64,000 nucleotides of DNA, from positions 3,348,001 through 3,412,000 of the forward strand of contig NW_024704773.1 of assembly GCF_018977255.1 (NCBI RefSeq), read 5' to 3'. This stretch comes from Callorhinchus milii. Lineage: Eukaryota. Each line of letters opens with the position of its first letter. Position 1 is the first letter of the stretch. Positions 37,081 to 51,085 of this stretch are shown piece after piece. The translations under genes and the position numbers were made by a program. Below the pieces are notes generated by a model. That model worked only from the letters and a program-made list of their open reading frames with translations. It made no database searches and had not been told where the DNA came from.

Positions 37081-38689
37081 TTGCACACATTTATATATAT
37101 ATATAGCACCTTTCACACTAGCTAAATGTGCCAAAGTGTGCTACAGTAACGGAGTGGGAATCTGAAGCACGGTGGGAGAAGGGGAGGAGGAAATGATTAA
37201 AGGCGCAGTCAAATAAGGGGCACAATATTGGAAGATTTAGGGACAGGTCAAGAGTGAGATGTCTCCATGGTTCACAATGGTTTCTCTGCTGCTGGAGGCA
37301 GAATCGGGGTACATAGGAATGTAATAACAAGAGGAGGTCATCCATCTCACCAAGCATGTTCTGTCATTTTATTGCATCATAGCAGCTTTTCATTTGACTA
37401 CCTTTTAATAATCCTTGTATGTTCTATATACCTCTTGTTGGTTTAGCGTCCACATCGATTTTGTGTACAGGGATGTTGTTTGAGAAGGAAAGGAATCTTG
37501 GATTTGTCATCCATACAATAAGCTTAGAAAGATAAATTTGGAACTTGATTCACATTGTAATACTCTGTCAGATCTAGAGCTCAACTGTAATGCAAAGTTT
37601 AGGGCACCCTCACTCAAAGGAAGCTTACAAAATATAATTTCACAGAGTGTCCCTTACTACTTTATGCGTTACACAAATACTGTATTGGATAATCTCTCAG
37701 TATTTACATTGTTTTAGCTGCCAGCCAACGTTAAATGATTATCCATTTCAGGTTATGCTACATTTGCAGCTACCAGCTTCTGTGGAACGTGTTGCAAAGC
37801 ATAACTTCTTTCAACAGTTGATCAAACTACAAGTTGAAAGCGATAGCAGTTTAAAAGAGTTCACATTTTGGAAAAATCTTCACATATAATTCAAATCAAC
37901 CAATAAAATACACAACGGGATGTGAGCTCTCATCTTTCATTTTGAATTTTTGATAACTGAATATTGCTGACAAGTAAATCAAATGCTGTGGAAAACATGA
38001 TATTAACTAAAAAGGATTTGACGGCACTGATAATATCTGAAAAATTCTCCAGAATACCGACTGGAACACTTGGGCTACTGTTCTGCCCTTGTTGGAGCAT
38101 CTAGTTCTTGAACTGGCTTTGCTCTGAAGTAATAATATAGCTTTAAAGACTACAACATCTTTTAATCCATATTCCATGCACTCCCATTACCGTGTTCTTA
38201 ATCTCAATTCAAATAGTTTCAAAAGGTTTTGTACAGGATTATTATACATCAGTCAACTCCACGGATACTTAACTGCTAATGGAAAGCGAGGTCTCAATGT
38301 GGAGGACGAATATATTGGATGCCAGCTAATTTAAAAGTTTTTTTTTCAGGGGGTTTGCATAGTTTCAACATAAAATAGCAGTAGTTTATCAAAAGGAATA
38401 TTGTTTATTTAATCATGGGAAATGCACTCAGCCTGAAGGTTTTTTTTACATATAATAATTTAAAGGAGAAACAATTGCTGGTAACTAAAAATAAGTAATT
38501 GAATTAACTTTGGAAAGGATAGAAGACTGCCTGGTATAAGTGAGACTACTTTCAAGAAGTCAATCAGGCAGTGGTCCTCACTTTCACAGCCATTGACTTG
38601 CTTAAGAGCCATCCTTAAAACCACTTTGAGGTAAATCCATTTAACACAAGCATATACACCATATCTACATAGTTATAAGGGAAATATCT

Positions 38690-39115
38690 GTCAGCCTGGC
38701 TCATTTGGAGCTACTGAAGCCAGAAGGTTGTGAATTTATACCTTCCTTTGACCACACTGTCTAAGCTGACACACTAATAAGGTATTGGGAATTTGCTGCA
38801 TTATCAGAGATGCCGTGCTTCGAATGTAGATGTTAAACTGAGGTTCTGTCTGCCTGCACAGGTGGACTTTAAAGGAGTCTATGGCACTATTTGACAAGAG
38901 AATGGAGTTTGTTCCATTGTCCTGGCCAACAATCCCCAAGAAAAAATTGGATATTTGCTTCATGGTGGTTTGTGGGACATTGCTGTGTGCAAATTGGCTG
39001 CTGTGTCACCAAGATAATATAATCAGTACACTTTACAATATAATCCTGTGAAGCCCTTTGAGACGCTCCCAATATGAAAGGCATTATTCCAAATGTGAGT
39101 ATTATTATTGTTATT
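38690..39115 (+). mobile_element. DeuSINE/SacSINE-like SINE, near full length
   Basis: Head, core (gatgttaaactgagg...caggtggac...atggcactatttg...cctggccaac) and L2-type tail. Confidence 0.8.
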
Positions 39116-40124
39116 ATAACCATTCCATCACAGCCATTGCCAACTAGAGGCCGAGCACTTCCCCACAGGAAAGATAAAGAAAAGCAGACAGGCCCAATTG
39201 TTCCATTAATTCTACAGATCCTATAGATACAATAAAGCTCATACTCTTTCTCCCCAGATTGGGATAAACTTGCCTCTTAATAGCATTCCATAGCTATGCT
39301 CACTGGGTAGCAGAGAAGGGTGGAAACAGAGAGCTGGATTTAGTGTTTAAATCCCTCCATGCCTTGGCACCAAGGAGGGCGCAAGATAAATGCAAGTTGT
39401 TGTTGTTGTTGTGGTTGGATCATAGCTCTGGTAATATCTCATGTCCGGGCTGTCTGTCACAAGGCTGGAACCAAGGCAGCACTTGGGCTTGTGGCACTCG
39501 ACACAAACTTTGGTGAGGTAACACTGCTCTAGTGTTAATAAGCATACACTAAGTATATTTGGAGAGGACACAACTTCCATTCAGAGCATGCGGAGTAAGT
39601 GTGCTTAGGCAATAGGTGTTCTGTCTTCAGGCTATTTTGAGCACTGTTGCTTCAGACCTTTAGATGTACAGTCTTATTTGGGTATACCCTTATTGTATGA
39701 TGGCGCATTTTTTCTGTCTTTGAGGCACGACACCAGCACTAAGTTGATATGATTTGACAAGGAATGTCGGAAAAGCAGTGTTATCATGAAATGCTGACTG
39801 ATGTGTGGTTTCGTTTTCTCCTAACACACAAACTTGCTGTGCTTTTAAACTGACGGCCTGCACTCCTCTCTGCTTTCCTGACCTCGTACTTTCTATATAA
39901 TGTAAGACATAAGCCAGTTTGCACTGAAGAAGTAGTTTTTTGTAATCTTAAGAAATATTTTTTGGTTGTTCCATTTCTTAGCATTAACATCTCTCACTTA
40001 GATGAAAATAGAAATCCAGTAAAGAAAATAAGGAGCCAACTGCAGAGATATTGGGAAAGCACAACTAAATTGGACTGAAATAATTGCTCTTAGAAGAGCA
40101 ATCTATTGCTCTTAGAAGAGCAAT

Positions 40125-40663
40125 ATATCAGGAAAGATATATTGGCCCTGGAGTGGGGGGCAGCGCAGGTTCACCAGAATGTTACTAGGCCTAAAAGGGT
40201 TAGTTACAAGGAAAGGCTGCATAAACTTGGATTATATTCCTTTGAGTTTAGAAGGTTGGGGTGTGATTTGATTGAGGTTTTTAAGATGATAAAGGGATTC
40301 GATAGGGTAGATACAGAGAAGCTATTTCCTCTGGTGGGGGAATCCAAAACAAGAGGGTATAGTCTTAAAAAATTAGAACCAGGCCATTTAAGAGTGAAAT
40401 CAGGAAGCATTTTTTCACTTAAAGGCTGGTAAAATTATGGAATTCTCTCTCCCAAAAGGCTGTGGATACTGGAGCCATCCATACCTTCCAGAGTGAGATT
40501 GATAGACTTTTGGTAGGCCCGGGTATTAAGGGACATGGGGAGAAAGCGGGAAATTGTAATTGAAAGGATTTGTTGAGGTACAGATCAGCCATGTTCTAAT
40601 TAAATCGGAATAGGCTCGAAGGGCTGAATGGCCTCCTCCTGTTCCTATGTTCCTTTGTTCCTA
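40125..40663 (+). mobile_element. CR1 LINE 3' fragment
   Basis: SYKERLHKLGLYSFEFRRLGCDLIEVFKMIKGFDRVDTEKLFPL; tail gttcctatgttcct. Confidence 0.92.
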
Positions 40664-41267
40664 GAAGAGCTGTGCTGTAAATTTATATGATTCCATAAGA
40701 TTCACTCTGTTTTGACTGCAGAGAGTGAAACAGCAGCGCAAAGTGGAAAAGGAAGATAGGTATCTATTTCCTGTTCCAAATTTGCTTTGAATTGGACCAG
40801 ATGCCAAACTTGGAAACTTGGGTATATTTTTTCAATGAATCAGTCATGTGATCAGAACTTTAATAATATTAAACTGCTAATTTCAAAGTTCCCAGGTTGT
40901 CCAAGTTGGTATCTGCAAACTGTACCACTTTAACAACATCAACAACTTGCATTTATATAGCACTCTTCATGAAAGGTAGAGTCCCGGAGTGCTTTAAGGT
41001 TTGACATGTTTAGGTCTCAACCTCTCTCCACAATGAGGAGAACCAGTATGAGTTATATCCTCCACGGAGTCCTCTCTGCGCAGTGAGGAGTATATTCATA
41101 TCTCCAATGGGACATCTTGTTACAGTGAGTAGTATTTCTGTGAGCTGTGAATCTTTACTATGCCTGACCAACAATATCCCAGGAAAAAATGAAAAAAACA
41201 ATCGCTTCATGGCTGTTGGTGTGACATTGCTGTGCTCAAATTGGCTGTTGTGTTCACCAACAAATAT

Positions 41268-41623
41268 AGGAACATAGGAACAGGATTAGGCCATTCAGCC
41301 TCTCGAGCCTATTCTGCCATTCTATTAGATCATGGTTGATCTGTACCTCATCTCCAAATTTTGCCTCTTATCCCTTAATATCTTGACCTAACAAAAATCT
41401 ATCCACCTCAGTTTTGAAAATTTTAATTGATCCAGCATCCACAGCCTTTTGGGGGATTTTACCAGGCCTAAAAGGGTTAGTTACAAGAAAAGGCTGCATA
41501 AACTTGGATTATATTCCAAGATTTCCAAAATCCTTTGCGTGAAAAAATGCTTCCTGATTTCACTCCTAAATGGCCCAGATCTAATGTTAAGATTATGCCC
41601 CCTTGTTCTGGATACCCCACCAG
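41268..41623 (-). mobile_element. CR1 3' fragment inserted into a DeuSINE-like SINE (41150-41267 and 41624-41718)
   Basis: aggaacataggaacagg reverse-complement tail; TRGHNLNIRSGPFRSEIRKHFFTQR on the minus strand; atatag on both sides (41264-41269, 41624-41629). Confidence 0.88.
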
Positions 41624-43049
41624 ATATAGTCACTACACTCTGTGGTAAATCCTGTGAAGAGCTTCGAGATATTTTGACAATATGATAAGGTGCTACATCA
41701 AATGCATGGATTATTATCACTAGACCATGCTGGAGAACTGCTTTGTGCTGTTTACCTCTAGGCAGGGAACGGAACAGCAAGAATATGTAAAGCCTGTTGA
41801 ATCGCCCCTGTTGGTATGTGCACAATGTGAATAAGGCAAGTGCTGGTATTCCATCTCTCTCAGCAAGTTTGCTTTACTTTATAATTTCCTTCCAGTTTAC
41901 CTTTAGCTTTCTGGTAGGGGTTACGATTCAGCTCTGGTGCATTAGATTACGAGACGAGCAGAATGTTTTTGCAGTCGCCTAATGGATCTTATGCCGTAAG
42001 GACATTCTTTCGCTGAGCTAATATTTTTATCATACGCAGCCTGGGTGTGTAAGAACTTTCATTTGAACACTGCACAGAGCCAGAGGAGTCTGGGGACTGT
42101 CTGCTATTGCAGGCCTTTTCTGTCTCTGTGGAAATAGTACAGTTCCTGTCTGATAGCAGTTCAAACATTTTGTGGTACAGATAGTGTTATTCTGCATTTT
42201 TACTTGTTTCAACGTCACCTCATTTGTCTGCTGTGTTTAGTATAGATCTGGATATGTTTCAGGGTAGTCAATGCTATGACTTATAGTGTTCAGCTTACAC
42301 AAATATACTTTTGTTCACGTGAGGCCAGTTTAAAGCAAACCTGATCTGAATGTAATTCCTATTAAAGTGTAGAATTCCACTGAGGTGTTCCTCAAAGCTT
42401 CAGTAGGTAAATGCATTGTGAGGTGCAGTAGTGAACCATATAAATTTGGCTGCAAAATACACAGTCACCACTGTTTACTGTAAATCCTGTGAAACGCTTT
42501 GAGACATCTTCTTCTGATGTGAAAGGAGCTACATCAAATGTAAGGATTATTATTATTTATCATTATACAGACCTTAAAGATCCCACTACGACTAATCCCC
42601 CTCACACTCAAATGATATTCACAAACCTGATTTATGTTAACAGTGACTTCCGATTTGCAAGTATCAGATTGTGAAGTTCGCAAACTGAATTATAGACCCT
42701 AAGCTGACAATGTTTGGATTTGGGGCTAAGATAATTTTTAAAAGGGATAAATTGTGGGAAAATAGTTCCACTAATGGAGCTGTAGAATTGGGTGTTTTAT
42801 TCACAAACACTTCCACACAATGGATATCCTAATACAAACCCAGTCGTAATCCTGATGTAACCTTTCTTGCTGGTTGTGAATTATTTTTTTCCAGTACCTC
42901 TTCATTACACAGGCATGTCATGATTCATTTACACTTCATGTGTGAAGTTTGGCTGTGAAAGGAATCATGAATCATTTCTCTTTTGTAGAAATACATCTTT
43001 GTGCACTGATTTGGTGGTTTAGTTCAACAATGTCTAATGTTCGGCCTGG

Positions 43050-43453
43050 CTCATTGTGGCATTCTGATCTCAGAATCAGAAGGTTGTGGGTTCAAGCCCC
43101 ATGTCTGAATTTTGAACTTCACAAAGTCTAGACTGACACTAGTGTAGTGTTAGGGAGTGTTGCCTTTTCATAGGTGCCATCCTTTGGATGAGACAATAAA
43201 GTGAGATCCTGCCTGCCCTTTCAGGAGGATATTCAAAGTTTCCATGGCACTACTCAAAAAGAGAAGGAAGTTTCTCCCAGTGACCTGACCATCAGCATCC
43301 CAGATAAAATTGGGTCATTCATTCCATGTGAGACTTTGCCTTGCACAAATTGGCTGCCACTTTCACCTACAAATACACAGTCATTACACTTCACAGTAAA
43401 TCTGATGTTTCAAAAACTTGCCAAGATGCTATATCAAATGCATGGATTATTAC
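43050..43453 (+). mobile_element. DeuSINE-like SINE
   Basis: Same head, core and tail as 38690-39115. Confidence 0.75.
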
Positions 43454-43674
43454 TAAATGTTTGGCCATGAAAACAGTCACTACACTAAACATTAATGACT
43501 GTAAAGCACTTTGAGCATGGTAAGGCATTATAAAAATGAAAGCCCTCCCTTTCTTATATGATATTCCAGCAGTTATGGCACCAGTTTAATAAAGTTAGGG
43601 GAGAAGAATATCCGTATGGGACCAATATTGGATTTACTATTTTAACAGTGCTCACAATAATAATGTTCAATGTT

Positions 43675-45437
43675 CATAGAATCATAGAATTATACAGCAC
43701 AGAAGGAGGCCATTTGGCCCATTGTGTCTGGGCCGGCTCTTTGAAAAGAGCTATCCAAATCAATCCCACTCCCCCGCGCTCTCCCCATGGCCCTGCAGAC
43801 TTGTCCTTCCCAAATAATTTTGTACTCTCTTAAAAGTTGTTATTGAATCAGCTTCCACCACCCTTTCAGGCAATGCAATCCAGATACGAACAACTCACTG
43901 TGTGAAAAAAATTCTCCTTATTTCCCCTCTGTTACTTTTAACAACTATTTTAAATCTGTGTCCTCGGGTTACCGACCCACCCACCAGTGGAAATAGTTTC
44001 TCCTTGTTCACCCTATCGAATCCCCTTGAAAACTTCTATTTAGTCTCCTCTTGACCTTCTCTGCTCCAAGGAGAATAATCCTAGCTTCTTTAGCCTCTCC
44101 CGATAACTGAAGTCCCTCATTCCTGGTACCATCCTGGTAAATCTCCTTTGCACCCTCTCCAATGCCTTGCATTCTTCCTAAAGTGTGGGGCCCAGAACTG
44201 AACACAGTCTCTAGCTGAGGTCTAACCAGTGTTTTATAAAGGTTCATCATAACTTCCTGACTTTTGTATTCTATGCCCCTATTTATAAAGCCTAGTATCC
44301 CGTATGCTTTTTTAACAGCTTTATCTCCCTGTCCTGCCACCTTCAAAGATTTACTTATATGAACCCCCAGGTCTCTCTGTTCCTTCACTCCCTTTAAGAT
44401 TCTACCATCAGCTTATATTGCCTCTCCTCATTCTTCCTCACAAAATGCTTCACTTCGCATTTATTCACATTAAACTTCATCTGCCACGTGTCTGCCCATT
44501 TTACCTGTCTGTTCTATGTCCCCTTGCAGTCTGCTACTATCCTCCTCGCTGTTTAATACTTTTCCTAGTTTGGTATCATCTGCAAACTTGGAAATTGTGG
44601 AGTACTGTAGCTCAGTGGTTAGGGTACTCGCCTCGCAGGCAACAGATCTGGATTCTGTTCCCGGCAAGGCAAAATGTTGGGCAAGTTTCCTTACTCTACA
44701 TGCCACTGTTTACCTAGCAGCAAGTAGGGACCCGGTTTTTCGTTGATTGGCGGATCACTTTTCCGGGGATAATAATACCTAAAAAAAAATAATTTGGTCA
44801 CTCAATCCATGACTGTTTGTGAAACACTACTGTGCGCAATTGGCTGCCACGTTTCGCCCACAAATATACAATCAATTCACTTTACAGAATTTCTGTGAAG
44901 CGCTTTGAGGTGTCTAGAAGATGTGATAAGGCACTATATCAAATGCAAGGATTATTATTATTATTTAAAAAGATAAAAAGAGCAGTGGTTCCAATATCGA
45001 CCCCTGGGGGACACCACTGCACACATCCCTCCAGTCAGAAAAACAACTATTCATCACCACTCTCTGCTTTCTGTCTCCCAGCCAGTTCTGTATCTATGCT
45101 GCCACTGTCCTTTAATACTGTGGGCTTCCATTTTGCTTACAAGTCTCTTATGTGGTACTTTATCAAACGCCTTTTGAAAATCCATATAAACTACATTTGC
45201 CTTTAACAAATTTGTGTTAGCTGACCTTTATTAACCCATATTTTTCTAAGTGAAAATTTATTTTGTCCCGGATTATAGTCTCTAGAAGTTTCCCCACTAC
45301 TGATGTTAGGCTGACTGGCCTGTAGTTCTCGGGTTTATTCTTCTGCCCCTTTTTGTACAGGGTAGAAACATTAGCAACCCTCCAGTCCTCTGGCACCACC
45401 CCGGTGTCCAAGGTGGATTGAAAGATTGTGGCCAGAG
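43675..45437 (-). mobile_element. CR1 LINE, second subfamily, ~1.4 kb plus a nested SINE
   Basis: VPEDWRVANV...NYRPVSLTSVVGKLLE, ISKFADDTKLG, RDLGVHISKSLK...YKTLVRPQLE; (ATTCTATG)-type tail on the minus strand. Confidence 0.95.
44597..44963 (+). mobile_element. tRNA-derived SINE, long subfamily, nested in CR1
   Basis: gtggagtactgtagctcagtggttag head; ctgtttacctagcagcaagtagg internal segment; (ATT)n tail. Confidence 0.9.
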
Positions 45438-46289
45438 CCTCAAAGAATTTTGACTCAAAGGCCCACTGAAATCTGCTTATGTCTTGCAATGTGAATGGCT
45501 TTGTTGCTTAAAGAGGGACCAGAAAGGGTGGTGGTCTATTTTGTTGAAGATCCAATAAGTATTTGGGGGAAGTTTGATATGCTCTGATTAGTGGCCCATG
45601 GTTTGAGGTGTAGGACAATTTGCTGTGTAGACCTATTTTTCTGTCAGAATGAATAGAAGGTAACTGAGTGTAGTTCATTGTCATTTGGTAAAGCAGAAGG
45701 ATCCCAATTTCAAACTTGGACAATAATCACATTTGCAACCATTTTGGCCACATTATTCCTGAAGAAATTCAAAGCAGATAGTTAGATGTTAAACTAATTC
45801 TAGCTTGTTAGTGCAGTAATCAAAAGTGAGTAAATTCAAGGCATTGAAAGCCATAACTGCTGTACTGCTTGTCACACAAGGTTTGTTCTTTGTACATTCT
45901 CCAGTCAACGTGATATTTTTCTGCACTGAGATTTGCTAAATAGATCTTGGCTGTAACACACAGTTAGGAAACAATAGCAACTCTGTGCACGAAAATGTTG
46001 GAAATTAAATTCCTTTGCAATAAGCTGCTTAAAATGCAGCTGGGTCTTTTTTTTAACCTTATTGAACTTGGACTTGTGACAATGTGTGGAAAAAATTACA
46101 TAGGGAAATAAAGATTCTGTAATGGAGGCAGTGTAAGATGTAATGTAAATAAAGCAAATGAGTAGATGAATGTACCTTATAGGAATTATAGTATTATTTT
46201 CAACACCAATTGAATGAAATAAGACGCTCGATGGAGATCTTTGCTCTTTCTCCAAAAGGCAGGCGGGACTTATTCTAGGCATGGTTCAA

Positions 46290-46590
46290 TGTATGCCATG
46301 ACTCATATGTGAGCCTAGACAGTGAGTGTCGATGTCAATTCAACCATGGGAGGCAACACAGCTGAAACGCATCATAATCTCACCCAAAAGACAAGCACAC
46401 GGACCTGCTTGCAGGAGTTACTGGATAATGAACAGGAGCAGAATGCTGGCTGATTTTCCCTTCCTTTCCATGCCTTACACAGTGGATACAGAAGCCAATT
46501 GTAGCACCCTTATTGCTGCCCCAACCCAGCTAGTTTAGTAGAGACCGGGGAACAAAGCTAAAACCTTCAGTTCCCACATCACTCAGTTCT
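46290..46590 (-). mobile_element. Second SINE family copy
   Basis: Reverse complement has gctacaattggc...gaaaatcagcc...tatccagtaactcctgc, as at 59170-59260. Confidence 0.55.
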
Positions 46591-47484
46591 TGCTTGTTGT
46601 CAACCCCCAGGTTCTTATTGGTGCAGTATTTTATGAAATCTCAGCTTGTTGTATTCGCCCTGAGCAATCATGGTGTTTAACAAAACTCACAGTCACCTTT
46701 TTTTAACGTACCCATTGACCCACTTTGCCATTCCTTATAAGGTGATCAGTGAACAATTACTGTATATAAGAACTACCAAATACCCAGTGAAGAGATTTCA
46801 TTGTGCAATGGTCAAGCTTTTTCTCCTTCAATTGTTTCCTTTACTTCTCCTGCACACACTGACTCATAGCAGTACAGCTGTATGGGAGCTCGTCACCATC
46901 ATTATGGGGCCAAAGTGTCCGTTCTTCACATTGAGACAGACAGTGAGCATGAGCAGACTCTTTACGACCATGGGGACTGAATCTGATCCTATCTGCACTC
47001 ACTATCTGCACACATGCATTTTCCTTAGGGGAAACTGGTTGGCAATCAAAAGCATGATTATTGACTGACTGACTTATTTCTCCCCCACCCCTTCCTCCCT
47101 CACTCTCTCGGAGCTCTGAGACCAATTGCAGCAACTTGCTGAGGTTTAGGATTTTGAATCGGAAGGCGTTTCCACACAATGGTGACTTTAGGAGCAGGTT
47201 GTTTGGAGGAGAATGTCATCAGTTTTATGAATGAACAAATAGATTTGAACTGATCGTTGTTTTTTAAGTGTAATGTTTTTTGTCGGGAGCTGTTCTTTCC
47301 GCTGTAACAAAAAATAATGTTTAAGCATGAATATGGAGAGGTCATTGTCCAACCTCTTAAGTGGCTCCAGCCCAGTGTAAAGCAAAAGTTACTTCTAACA
47401 ATTCCTGTTTAATTAATATCATTGAAGGCCATTAAGCCAGTTGAGTAGTGATAAAATAGCTTGAATTTTCAACATTTCAGAGAT

Positions 47485-47782
47485 CCCAGTGCTGGGAATG
47501 TGCTGCATTGTGAGAGGGGCTGTCCTTTGGATGATACATTAAACCAAAATCCTGTCAGCCTATTCAGATGTTAAAGATCCCACGGCACTTTGAAAAGAGA
47601 AGGGAGTTTCTCCTAGTAGCCTGGGAGCAATAAAATTGGTCATTTACTTTATGGTTGTTTGTGAGACATTGTTGACTGCAAATTGGTTACCACGTTCACC
47701 TACAAAATATACAGACAATACACTTTAAATACTTTGAGACGTCCTTTCCTGACGTGAAAGGCACTTTATCGAAAGCAAGAAT
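47485..47782 (+). mobile_element. DeuSINE-like SINE
   Basis: gtgctgcattgt...gttaaagatcccacggcact...tail. Confidence 0.7.
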
Positions 47783-50280
47783 AAATTCTGGATGCTTTAA
47801 AATGCTAAATAGAGAAAATCTGGTTCCAGGTGGAATTTCTCTATTGGCTTGCAGACCACTTGAGAAACAGTTCAAATAGAACTGTGTCTTAAATAGAACT
47901 CTGCCTGAGGCCGCTCGAGTGTGGAATCTGCCTTCTTTATTTTTGTAGGATGGAATCCAAGGTGCCATTGGCAACATGAAAACGGACATGTACACACTTG
48001 TGCATGTGTATTTGTTCTCCGTAATGACTCACAGACGTCTTTTGGCTAGTTTCAAAGACCTTCCCCAGATCTCTGAGGAATATCACACGACAGCGATGCT
48101 GAAACCTCATTGCTGGTCTGTTGAAGTAAAATGAAATCTCAGCCCACTTTCCTCCCCCCAAATCCATACACCACCCAAGCTAGAAAACAACAAGGAGACA
48201 GCACACTGGTCAGCCTGTCAACAAGAAACAGTTACAGATATATGGGATAAAGGGGGTGTCCATTAATGCTGATGTAGAAGCATTTTCACAGTGTAGACTC
48301 AGAATTGAACCCGTGACAACCTCCTCTGTCTGACCCAGTGTTACACTGCTTGGCACCTTTACCCACTAGGCAGTCGGACCAGTGAGAACAGTTATTTTAA
48401 GATAATGGAAATGAACTCATGCTGAATGCTAAAAATAGCACTTTCTATAACAGGAAATCCCAACATACAGATAAAACGAAAAAAGGCTGGTATTTTATCA
48501 AAGACTGGAAAATGGATGTAATTTAATTGACTAGGGTTCTTTTTCTAGGGAAGTGAGAGACTATCTTGTGCCATTGCCCAAACTCCCCAGTTACATATCT
48601 TGAAAAAAATTAATTAGTGATGGATTCCAGATGGTTTTGTAACATCTCCTAATTTTCCTCTTTTAGCTGTTTGGACTTCTGGTTTAGCAATTCGAATGAC
48701 ATACCTCCTTCAGTAAATGTATCAGCATCTGATTAAAAACAGATTCCAAAGCTATGCTGCTCTATCACCTTCAGGAATGTGAAAGGATTCTGCCTGTAGC
48801 TTGACCTAACATGACATTAGGGAATGTATGAATTTTCTTGGCCCAGGGCACTTGGTGCTGTCTCTGCAGATCCATAACAATACCTGGCTTTGGCAACAAC
48901 AGTGGTTCCATGATTTGATGATCACATGTACAGGTTGCATTTTTGTGTGGAACGGAGCTATACTTCAAAGCCAGGTAATATAGATTTGGATGTAAATTAA
49001 TCTGGAGCTACTGGTGCTGGGTGGGATCTTAAGACAACAACGATGATAATTTACTTTAGTGTGTAAAAAAAATCTTGATAAAGTGCTTTACAAACAGATG
49101 AATTGGAAATAATGTGAATCTTGGCAAACTCAGATTCTAATTTGCACCTAATTTCCCTCAATCCCTCAGCCTTACCTCCTGCTTCTCCATTTTCATATCA
49201 TGCCTGAAGAGCTTCCTCTTCAACTGCCCCCAAAGTCATCTCCCCCTGACCCAGCTTGGTGTCAAGCTCCACCACTGCTAAGCGCTTCAAGATACTACCC
49301 TCTGTGAAGGGAGCTATATAAACGCAAGTTGTTGTTGGTGCATCACCAAAATCCTATCAGCCCTGTTAATCTTTTACACAGTGGCTCTGTAATCAATGAA
49401 CGATACAGTACAAAAAATAAACACAAAAAATAAACACCCATAGGCTCAATAAATTTATTATACAAAGGACTACAAAACAGGATCTCTTAAAAGGAAGTGT
49501 TTCATCCAGTTCTATTAATGAGAAATACAGAAAGAAAACTATTAACACATGAATACAATTTGCATTGATGAATATCATTTATAATCCTAATAATAATCCT
49601 TGCATTTAATAAAGCACCTTATATCAGAAGGACTTCTCAAAGTGTATTGTAGAATTTGCTGTGTTAGACACTTTTTAAAAAAAGGACATTTAAGTTGAAA
49701 AATTGTTTCAAAGAATTTAAATTATTGGGAAATAAAGAGTAAATAATGCAATTAAAACAAATATGCTCCATGTTTGTTTCACACAAAACAGAACCACTGA
49801 GTCAAACAAATCCAGAGATATAAACATGCCCCAATATATGATCACAAGCATTTTAAGAATTAAAATAATGTCAGGCTTACGACATGTCACTAGCAGTCTA
49901 AAAGATAACTGTTAAGCTACAGCAGTTCTCTGAAGGTTTACCCTCCTCTCCTGTAAGAAAGACTGATGGAAAGTGTTTTAGAAGGGCTGTAAACTAATGC
50001 ATCTCTGAAGGCGATTGTAGCTCAATTAGATGGGCAGCATGAGGAGGGGGTGACTTTAGGTAGTTGATGAACTTCGGCTTGAAGTCAACAGATGATTCAG
50101 ACCTTTATTTTATTTTAGCTGCTGCTAAAAACGCTGTGATGTATCCCATGCAGCCTGGAACCAACCCACCTGAAATTCGCTGATCTCTTGTTTCTTGGAT
50201 AGAATCCTTCCCATTTTGAGAGTCATTGTTGAATGTGACCCACTGCCCCTGCGGGTTGGAAAAAGCGTTGTTGGTTTGAG

Positions 50281-51085
50281 CAACAGCAACAACAAAATTA
50301 CATTTGTATAGCGCCTTTCACATCGGAAGGATGTCGCAAGGTGCTGGACAATCAGTGTTTTGGACCTGAGCTGGGGATCGGGGAGGGTTGAAGTCAGGGG
50401 ACAGGAGGGTGACCGAAGGCACAGATGAAGAGGAGGGCTTTGAGTTGGGTTTTGAAGGAGGCAAGGGAGAGAGCAAGGTGGAAGGACTGCGGGATGGAGT
50501 TCCAGAGGGTGGGGGCAGAGTGGCAGAAGGCCCGCCCGCCAATAATGGGTGGGCGAGGCGGGGGACTTGAAGCAAACCAGAGCCTGCTGAGCGCAGGGAG
50601 CTGGCAGATTGGTAAGGAATTAAGAGGTCACAGAGGTAGGGAAGAGCAGGGCCATGGAGGGCTGTGAAAGTGAGGACCAGGATTTTGAACTGTATCCTCT
50701 GTGTGATGGGAAGCCAGTGGTGTCGGGCGAGGATGGGGTGATAGGGTCACAGAGCCTCATGTGGAAGAGGACATGTGTGGGATGCAGAGCTATGGATGAT
50801 CTGCAACCTATGGAGGGAGGAGTTGGGGAGGCCGACAACCAAGGAGTTTGTGTACCATTGAGCCTGAATGTTATGAATGCGTGTATGAGGGTCTCGGCAG
50901 CATGCAGTGTGAGATAGTGGCGGAGCCGGGCGATGTTGTAACATTGGGTGAAGGCAGAGCGGGTCATGACACGGATGTGGGATAGAAAAGATAGTTGAAG
51001 GTCAAACAAGACACCAAGGTTCCTGACTGGCTCGGTGAGGTGGAGTGTGCATCTTTGGGTGGTGATGCTGTCAGTGCCTGAGGGG
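50281..51085 (-). mobile_element. L2 LINE 3' fragment
   Basis: Minus-strand FDLQLSFLSHIRVMTRSAF...NIARLRHYLTLHAAETLIHAFIT; (AAC)n tail on the + strand. Confidence 0.9.
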
